A stretch of DNA of 64,000 bases, from the NCBI GenBank assembly GCA_951406725.2, contig OX597824.1, positions 34,224,001 to 34,288,000 on the forward strand. Direction: 5' to 3'. Of the stretch, positions 55,730-64,000 are shown piece after piece. The position numbers were made by a program, and so were the translations under genes. The notes under the pieces were generated by a model. That model did not search any database and was not told the DNA's origin. It saw nothing but the letters and a program-made list of their open reading frames with translations. Numbering within the stretch: position 1 is the stretch's first letter; each line of letters starts with the position of its first letter. This stretch comes from Octopus vulgaris (Eukaryota).

Positions 55730-57260
55730 CATGCAACTCAATGAGAAGTTAAAGAAAGACAATGCACTGATCTCCTGGGATGTACTAATAACTTGCATTG
55801 AATGCAAATTCAAGACAATGCTATATCACAAACCTACATTCATTGGGCATTGCCTGAACTTTTGATTCCCACCATCCATATGGCATAAGAGAAAAACTGT
55901 CTGTGGCCTACATCATCAGGTAAAAGTCATAAGTGGTAACCTAGGTATATACCAAGAAATGATATCAAGATTAGAAGGACCATTCACAATAACAATTACT
56001 CTATAAGTATCACGTCAGCTTCCAAAAGCAAACCAACAAGAATCAAGAACATTAATGAAAAACCTGCCATGATCTGTCTAATTTACTTTAGAGGCTTGGC
56101 AGGGAAAATTATAAAGTTTTACAGTTTATACAGCATAAGGACAGTATTCAGGTGCAGGCCTACCCTTTTGGGATATCCATCTTGGAAAGAAGTCTCCATC
56201 AGGAGATCATGAACAAGAACTGTGTGTTCCACACTATTCCATGTAGTTGTAAGAGAAAATAAAAAGGGAAGACCAATCACCTACAGAAAGTAAGGCTGAA
56301 GGAATTTTGTAAAGCTGTAAACAGAGAAATCAGACATGGTTGACTATTTGAGAAAGATAAATCACCAACATCTGTGAAACAGTCAAGATAAAAAGACAAG
56401 GATAACACAGCGAAATAAAAGAATTGAAAAATTCAGCACATATACAGGGCTCTGGTAGGCCTAGCATGGAGATTAACACCGTATAAGAAGGTTTAACTCT
56501 TTAGCATTCAGATTACTTTATCAAAAGTAATACTTATTTATTCACATTTTAAAAAATGAATCATGCGTTAGCTTGTAACTTCAAGATTTCAAAGATGTGA
56601 TTGTTTATTTTTAGAATGACATTGCAAGGTAGGAGTGAGAGGCCAGATCTGGCCAGTCTGAATATAAAGCAGATAAAATATTTGGGCTGGATACGGGTGA
56701 TTTAAATGCTAAAGGGTTAATTAAGAGAAGCACTAAGTCTAACACCATAAGAAACTGTGAGGTTTAAAGTTCTAATTTCCATTATGTAATTGTCCTAGTT
56801 AATACCAAAGTGAAATATAAACATTAGATGCTAAACGTGTTAAGTGTAGAAGTTTAGTTGGTAAGCAGAGATCTAGTTCTTGTGTCAGTGAATATAAATA
56901 TATCCTGATTAAAGTGGAATGAGCAAGTGACATTACCAGAGAGAATAACTGATATGAGAATATCTGACTTGGAGACAACAGAATAAGAACAATCTAATCA
57001 ATGAACCAAATATAGGGTTTGGTTTGAAATTCTGAGAATGTTACCACATAGAACAAGCACTGAAGAAAGCGGGAGATAACAGGTGGAACAGTGTCACTAT
57101 AACAGTCACAATGTGGACATTGTCCATCTAGAAACCTCAGTAAAAATATTGACAAACTTGATAATATCAGGAAAAAAGGATAGGTGAAGAGGCTTAACAT
57201 GAGTTCGGCTAGTCTATTATATGGTATCACTTAGCACCCACTTAAGAACACAACAACAAA
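55730..57260 (+). mobile_element. Decayed Penelope-like element (RT thumb, GIY-YIG remnant, probable pLTR tail)
   Basis: FKTMLYHKPTFIGHCLNF/DSHHP; CVFHTIPCSC..KGKT...KVRLKEF. The right boundary is approximate. Confidence 0.7.
56497..56716. mobile_element. piggyBac-type MITE nested in the Penelope remnant
   Basis: TTAA-CTCTTTAGCATT ... AATGCTAAAGGG-TTAA. Confidence 0.8.
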
Positions 57261-57849
57261 AACAAACATATGAACCAAGAGTTGAAAGATGAGGAGTGCA
57301 ACTTTTTATGAGGTGTGACTGAACTCTTTGAAAAAGACACATCATCATCATCAGCAGCAGCAGCAGCATTTAATGTCCATATTTCCATGTTTAAATGGGG
57401 CATACAGATTTTGTTGAGGCAGATTTTCTATAGCTGGATGCTCTTCCTGTTTCCAAGCAAAGTAATAGTTCTTCATGGCCCGACATGCTTTTTCACAGAA
57501 GACTGGAAATGAACAACCTGTATGATGATGATGCTTCTTACACTCAACCCATAATGTCTAGATAAGAGCACATACAAATACAGACACTCATAAATATATA
57601 TATATATATATATATATAAAATTGAATAAGGGTAGAAATTGATATTAATCAATTAAAACCAGTGGCCTAGCATATTAAAAAAATCCGAAGATTAAAATAT
57701 TTTTTACATACAAAATTTAAAGGACTGACCACTAAAAGTGGACAGTCAATAAGCTAAATATAGACGTCAAAATCGCTATTTTCCACGAAGAATGAGGTCA
57801 GTCCTTTAAATTTTGTACGTAAAATATATATATATATATCAAACAAACT

Positions 57850-58152
57850 GGCACTCTGTCAGCTACGATGACGAGGGTTCCAATTGATCCAGTCAACAGA
57901 ACAACCTGCTTGTGTAATTAACATGCAAGTGGCTGAGCACTCCACAGACACACATACCCATAAAATAGTTCTCAGGATGTGACAAGGCTAACCCTTTGAA
58001 ATACAGGTACTACTAATTTTTGCCAGCTGGGTGGACTGGAGCAACATGAAATAAAGTGTCTTGCTCAAGGACACAACACACTGCTGGGAATTGAATTCAT
58101 GACTTTATGATTGTGAGCTGAATACCCTAACCACTAAGCTACACACCTTCAC
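57850..58152 (-). mobile_element. tRNA-derived SINE with CORE-like and Nin/Deu-like segments
   Basis: tRNA head (CCCTAACCACTAAGC on +), GTCTTGCTCAAGGACAC, GTGGCTGAGCACTCCACAGACAC; partial copies at ~13090-13215, 33100-33260, 45240-45335. Confidence 0.7.
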
Positions 58153-60851
58153 ACGCACACACACACACAAATAACATAAATAAGGCTTCTTTTAGTATTC
58201 CATCTACCAAATCCAATCACAAGACTTTGGTCAGCCCAGAGCAATCATTAAAGACATTTGCCTAAAGTGCCATGCAGTGGGACTGAACTCAAAACTACAT
58301 GGTTGGAAAGCAAGTTTCTTAACCACAGAGCCATTCTTGTGTACTACTGGACAGTCCACTTTAACAAAGACCAAGAGAAAAAAAACAAAAGTTTAATAAT
58401 GCCGACAATGACAAGGTGTGTCATCTTTATTGAACTTGAAAAACTTAAATCACTTCACATTTCAACAGTTATGCTTTTGCTATCCAAGAACAAGAGACAG
58501 CTGGAAAATATTCTGTTGAACAAAAGATATAGTGAAACCAATATATGTGACTGAAAATGTTTACATCACATACCTATGAAAGACATTCCACATGTGATCA
58601 GCAGCTACTTGAAAATGTTATTGTGATATTAACCTTCAAATGCTGTCATGACCATGACATTATTAAAATAATTATATAATAAATACCACCTGGAGGAAGA
58701 ATTGCTCTGAGATAAAAATAGAAACGTTTCTGCAGTTGTTGAGGGAACATTTCCGTCAAACCATCAACTAAATGCAAACACAACAAATCTGATATAATTG
58801 TTTTGGACAGAGAAAATAAAAAATTATGGAGTGTTGAGGATGTGAGTGAACATTTCAATGAAATTAGCAAAAATGAGATAGTAAAATTCTCTTTTATGGA
58901 AAATTGCCTTGAAACCAACAATTATAACCAGATCAGGCATTAATATTTGTACCTGTTATTTAGCATCAAGCTGGTCCAATAAAGCAGACCTGTGATCATT
59001 CTGACCATGGCCACCTCATTTTATTTCCTTTAGACATTTGATTATGAGGCAGATTTGATTGAAGCAATCAATATATGTTATCGGTAATATTGTATATCAA
59101 TCCCAAAAGGATGAAGGTGAAGTTGAGCTTGATGGACTGTTGACTATATACTAGGAAACATTTCATTCAGTTACTGTTTAACATTAATTAATAACTAGCA
59201 GGAACCATAGAAAACTTTCTTATTTCTGTTTTGATGTGTAAATTTATACATCATCATTTAGTGACCATGTTTCACGGTAGCAGAGGTTGGATAGTTTGAC
59301 AAGATCTGAAGGACTGTACTCCAGTGTCTGCTTTGACTTGGTTTCTATGGCTGGATACCCTTTCTAATGCAAACCATTTTACAGTGTGTACTGGGTGCTT
59401 TTTACATGTCATCAATACTAGTGAGGTTACCATGCAGATAGTAAGATTATTGTAACAGTGATTCGAAAACCAAACTGCTATGTAACTGATCATGCATCAT
59501 AACTGAACCACAGTAGTTTCACATGATTGATCTATTACATGATTCAATCTTCTAGAATTTTCTCCTTGTGCCCTATATAAGAGCTTCTTTTGACACCTGA
59601 ACTTTTTGCAGAGCATTGAGGCCAGCCAATTCATTCATATGTCTCACCCCTGGCCAGGCAGAATGTTGAGGTAGCTGCATAATGTGTCTCCATGCTCACC
59701 TCAAATATAACATGATTGTTTCCAGTTATGTTGAGCCAACCTCGTGTTGCTATTTCAGTAAGCTTACCATAAACTCTAAGCATTATATCTTTTCCAGTAT
59801 GTAATTATTTGTTGTTATTTGTAAAAGACCTACACAGTTAAAACTCTGTATGAAATAAAATCTTCTCTTAAACGTTCACAAATGATGTCAGTTTATTCCT
59901 CATACAACCCAAGAAACACATTTTCATTCATCAACTCAGCCAATCATCACCTCAGACAAGTCAACAAACACACTCGCAACACTATCAACCACAAGGGGGG
60001 CGGGGCAACTTTATGCTAGGAGATAAGGAACAGAGAGGGGTAAAATATGAGAGGAAAGGGTCAAAGCAGAACAGGCTTCTTGGTGTAGAGGAGCTACATG
60101 ACTACTCACATTTTAGAAGAAAAGGAAAGCATGATCAGGTGAAACTGGAATATTTTTTTAAATTATAATATTGCAGTTATGTCTCCAGTTTTGAAACAAA
60201 CTCAGTGAGGTATTTTGTCTGGAACTCTGTGATGATGATGATGGTGATTAAAATTTAACATGACATAAAAATATACAAATATAAAGATTTACAGCTTGAG
60301 CTATCAAGCAGCTGAATAATAAAAATTCAAATATTGGTTGCAGTTGGAGCCTCTTGGTAATTCTGAAGTGGGACTAGAAGTTAATAATATATACTGTATT
60401 TACTTGTGTAATACCCCTAATTAAGTGTTAAATCTTGGTACAAAAGTTTTCCTTTCATAGTTTTAGCTTTTCCCTGTACAAAAGTCAGACCCCATTCTTT
60501 TTCAGTTAAAATCAAGTATGAATAATCCGGCTTATAAATGAGTAAATACAAAAGATTACCTTGCTGGATATGGCTTATATAATATGGAAAGTAGTGAGGA
60601 AACCAACCTGGTGAGAGCCATAATGTGACACCAGAGTCAATAAGAAACACAGGTTTAATGAATGTGGAAAATAAACAAAAAAGTACAATGATAATCTTAT
60701 TGTTTTGCTTCTTTTTGTCTGTTATTACTGTTATGTCAGATTATTAGAAACAATGAAAAAAATCTTATACTTGCCTTCAAAATGGAAATGCTTCCTGTGC
60801 TTTCCCAAATGGTAAGTCCAGGCAGATTTGATCTAACATTACATAGATCAA

Positions 60852-63137
60852 TCAACAGTTAGGTTTATTGTGAGAGATGTCCATCTTATCTTTGGTAGGC
60901 ACTTCCAGTTCTATATTATAGGCTTTACCTACTTCACTAGAACCTATTTCAACTTTTAATATCTCTTCTTCCTCCTCCTCCGGCTCCTGACCCCTCAGCT
61001 GGGTTCCATGCCCAACGAGAGGAGACTCAATATTGCCACTACATTCAGCAGTGAAAAGTTTACTTTTTGTATGTTCTTTACCATCAGGTTTTACAGCTTC
61101 ATCTCTGCTGTGACTACCTTCAAGTGAATCTGGTCCTAATTTACTACATTCTACAGTTTGCAGTGGACATGCAGTACTATCATCAAACTGCTCCCATTTT
61201 TTCACAGAACATTTTGGTGCAGACGATGAAGGAGGAACTAAAGATGGATTTGAAGTTGGTAAGGTGGTAGTGATGGAGGTGGTTGTGGGAGTAGAAGCAG
61301 TAGAAGCAGCAGATTTCACAAGTGGACTCGTACCTGCAGGTAATTTCGATACAAGAACCAATTTGGATACAGGTGATCCGGCAGCAGCTTTGCAGGGAGA
61401 CTGACTGGGTGAAAGAGTTGGGGGAATAAAAATTCGACGAGGAGATTGTCCAATGGAACCATCACTTTGTAAAACTATAGCTTCCTTCGTATGTCGAAAC
61501 AAACGATCCTCATTAAAGTCAAAGGCATTTTCTTTGGAAGTACCAACACCACGAGGACTTTTTATTGGCTTTCCAAACTGTTCAGAAGGCAAAACTATTT
61601 TCAGTTTTTCCAAATTAGGAGATACTTCTGGGGAACTAAGATGTGTATATTCGTCTAAAGTCACAACACTGAGAGGTGTAGCACTACGTGGTCTGTTGAT
61701 AGGAGTGGTTTTTACTTGCAGTCGCTGTAATCTTCGTTCATAAGCTTTGCGTTTAGAATTGAAAGAGGTGGGTTCTGTAAAGTTATCAAACTGTTGACCA
61801 ATATCATCAACTTCTTTCAATGCATTACATTTAAGAGACTCCCGACCAGCAGCTAAAGATGAGTAGATATTTTCGGTCGTTAGGCTTTCTGCAGCACTTA
61901 GATCACTTTCTGATGAACTAGAGTCATCGAGTAAGTTTACTTTTTCTACAGCACTTAAGTCTTTTAACTTGGGTCCAGAGCCTGGCTCTGTTGCTACTGG
62001 AGTAGCTGCACCATCTTCAGTTGTATCAAAGTTAACAAAATCAACGTCTGCGACACCTTCTGTTGCAGAAGGTAATGTGACTGATTCCTGTTTATCTTTA
62101 ATTACATCATGTAAATTATCAGTTTTACCTGATGCAAACGAAGATGGTGAGTCCAAGCATCCTGGAGATATCCCTCTGTACGGCCTGCCGTCCGCATCAT
62201 CGTCAGACGAAGGTGCATCAACAAGCTGATGGTTTACAACCTCAGATTGTTTAGAAACCACTTCACAGTCCTTTTCTCCATCTAAGTCCGATGCGTTTGT
62301 TTTGCGACCAAAAAACGTTTTTTTCTTTTGCCTACCCTCTTTAGCAGGTGACGGTGATAATGTTTTACTTGCAGCATTTTTTATTTTCTGTTTCTTTTTT
62401 GATTTACTGCCTTTGCTGGCATTTACAGGAACTGGTTCTTTTGAGGACTTAGAGTTTGGTGAATTACTTTGGCATACATCAGCATTTCGAGAACAGTCGT
62501 CCGATGTAACATCACTGGAAGCAGCTACGTGGGATTCTTTATACAAACACGAACTAACTATGGGTAGTTTATTGTGGATCGTTACAGTACTTGTAGTAGC
62601 TTCAGCTGTGCTTATTTTGCTCGCAGCTGCAGGAATAGAACATACTGTATGAACGAGTTCGTTTGAGGCGGCTTCTTTTGTGTGAGTGTTAGTGGTGACT
62701 GAAAGAGAGGTTTTTGAAGTAGTACCTACAATAGAAGCATGTGGCAGATCGCTGTTATTGACTACCTCCGTGTTTGCAGAAGCTGTGTCTTTACTGTTTG
62801 TCACTTCTTCGTCAGAAAGGTCAACGGTGTCAAAAGTAGCTAAGGGAGCAGATCCGATCTCTCCTTGCCTGTCTAAAGGAGGACGATTGGCCTGTTGTGA
62901 ATCAGACTGCACGGACGAAGGGTCCTTGTCATGCTTACCACCATCATCTAAATCCCGGACGCCACTTTTATTATTATCACTGCTACCACCAACATTTAAA
63001 CTAACACTTTCACAATCACTTGCACTATAACTACCACTTGTATTATTCGTTTTACCTTTGCTTTTCGAACCCTGCGCTGATGTCGATGCTGACGAAGAAG
63101 TTGATGTTGGGGTAGATGTAGCTTTGGATTTGTGCAT
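60852..63137 (-). CDS. Uncharacterised 761-aa Ser/Thr/Lys-rich, probably disordered protein (single coding exon)
   Basis: 2286-nt uninterrupted ORF in GC-richer unique sequence with no TE motifs; ATG context AAGGGTATGC; plausible upstream splice acceptor (tgtcttatag|, exon start 63260). Confidence 0.88.
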   Translation of the reverse strand: MHKSKATSTPTSTSSSASTSAQGSKSKGKTNNTSGSYSASDCESVSLNVGGSSDNNKSGVRDLDDGGKHDKDPSSVQSDSQQANRPPLDRQGEIGSAPLATFDTVDLSDEEVTNSKDTASANTEVVNNSDLPHASIVGTTSKTSLSVTTNTHTKEAASNELVHTVCSIPAAASKISTAEATTSTVTIHNKLPIVSSCLYKESHVAASSDVTSDDCSRNADVCQSNSPNSKSSKEPVPVNASKGSKSKKKQKIKNAASKTLSPSPAKEGRQKKKTFFGRKTNASDLDGEKDCEVVSKQSEVVNHQLVDAPSSDDDADGRPYRGISPGCLDSPSSFASGKTDNLHDVIKDKQESVTLPSATEGVADVDFVNFDTTEDGAATPVATEPGSGPKLKDLSAVEKVNLLDDSSSSESDLSAAESLTTENIYSSLAAGRESLKCNALKEVDDIGQQFDNFTEPTSFNSKRKAYERRLQRLQVKTTPINRPRSATPLSVVTLDEYTHLSSPEVSPNLEKLKIVLPSEQFGKPIKSPRGVGTSKENAFDFNEDRLFRHTKEAIVLQSDGSIGQSPRRIFIPPTLSPSQSPCKAAAGSPVSKLVLVSKLPAGTSPLVKSAASTASTPTTTSITTTLPTSNPSLVPPSSSAPKCSVKKWEQFDDSTACPLQTVECSKLGPDSLEGSHSRDEAVKPDGKEHTKSKLFTAECSGNIESPLVGHGTQLRGQEPEEEEEEILKVEIGSSEVGKAYNIELEVPTKDKMDISHNKPNC

Positions 63138-63260
63138 ACCCTTAGCTGTTGACGTGACTTAAACTAGATGTATTTTAATATAACTGAATCATTCTTTTCC
63201 TTAGAGGTCAATGATATAATATACAAACGTATATATTATCATTATTAAATATTCCTACAC

Positions 63261-63321
63261 CTATAAGACATCTATTTTTACTACAGAAAAGGCTTAGATA
63301 TGTGATAAATAGATAGATAGG

Positions 63322-63352
<31 letters not shown>

Positions 63353-63390
63353 GTGTGTGTGTGTGAAAGAGAGAGAGAGAGAGAGAGTTA

Positions 63391-63424
<34 letters not shown>

Positions 63425-63517
63425 TTATGGAAACGTATAATAATAATTTCTATAAATGTGCTTGTTTTGTGTCTGTAGTCTGAAAGATTGCGGACTTATA
63501 TGAAAAATCAGACTTAC
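63261..63517 (-). other. Probable 5'-UTR intron of the 761-aa gene
   Basis: Minus strand: ATC|gtaagtc donor at 63517 and tgtcttatag| acceptor at 63261, with (GATA)n/(GT)n/(GA)n microsatellites confined between them. Confidence 0.6.
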
Positions 63518-64000
63518 GATCTTCTAAAGATGGTTGAAATGTTTCAAAAGACACAGTAACCACTATGTTCGCAATCCTGTAAAAGCGAACGGGAAGATGC
63601 GTCAATAGTTTTATATTTTTTTCTCCTTTTTCATGATATTTTCTCGTTAGTTTTGAGCTGTTTTCATTTCTAATGTTGCCTTAAGAAAACAGTTTTTATC
63701 ACGTGTGTTGTCCATTTCTTGTTTTTTTCATTGTATTTCCTCCCTTGGTCGCCAGTTGGTATAACTTTCATCTTGTTTATCTTGCTGCTGCCTCACAGAA
63801 CTCCATCCTGGCCTGATCATCTCGACGTATATCCTTGCTTTCATCAAACAGAGCAGGCGTCTTTACTTGTTCGCTGTTAACATATACATACACACACACA
63901 CATATACACACACTCGCATTCACGCACTACACTCACACTCACACACACATATGCGTACACTCAAAGAGAGAGAGAGAGAGAGAGATTGATTTATTCCATG

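Noticed and set aside
61067-63030. Plus-strand ORFs overlapping the 761-aa gene
   Set aside because: Antisense shadows of the real ORF; most have non-ATG starts.
60852-63137. Idea that the 761-aa protein is a PP1 regulatory subunit because it neighbours PP1beta
   Set aside because: No [RK]x0-1[VI]x[FW], SILK or MyPhoNE motif found by eye, and adjacency alone is not evidence in a eukaryote.

Overview
AT-rich eukaryotic genomic DNA, very rich in (TA)n/(CA)n microsatellites. The SINE/LINE repertoire looks like an octopus (coleoid cephalopod); this is an inference from repeat families I recognise, not a database result. Two genes converge. (1) On the + strand are exons 3-8 of a protein phosphatase 1 catalytic subunit beta (PP1beta/PPP1CB) gene, 3209-19076, followed by a probable ~4.9 kb repeat-poor 3' UTR. 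(2) On the - strand is a single-exon 761-aa Ser/Thr-rich, largely disordered ORF (63137-60852) with a 5'-UTR intron, a uORF, and short W/F-acidic motifs of the kind that bind clathrin adaptors. The rest is transposable-element debris: mariner, Tc1 and DD37D (maT) transposons; hAT, piggyBac and TA-target MITEs; non-autonomous Helitrons; RTE and CR1 LINE pieces; a Penelope-like element; and several tRNA-derived SINE families. There are also several fold-back repeats, some with degenerate hammerhead-like cores. No prokaryotic systems, CRISPR arrays, rRNA genes or intact tRNA genes were seen. Most short ORFs in the track are microsatellite or TE artefacts.
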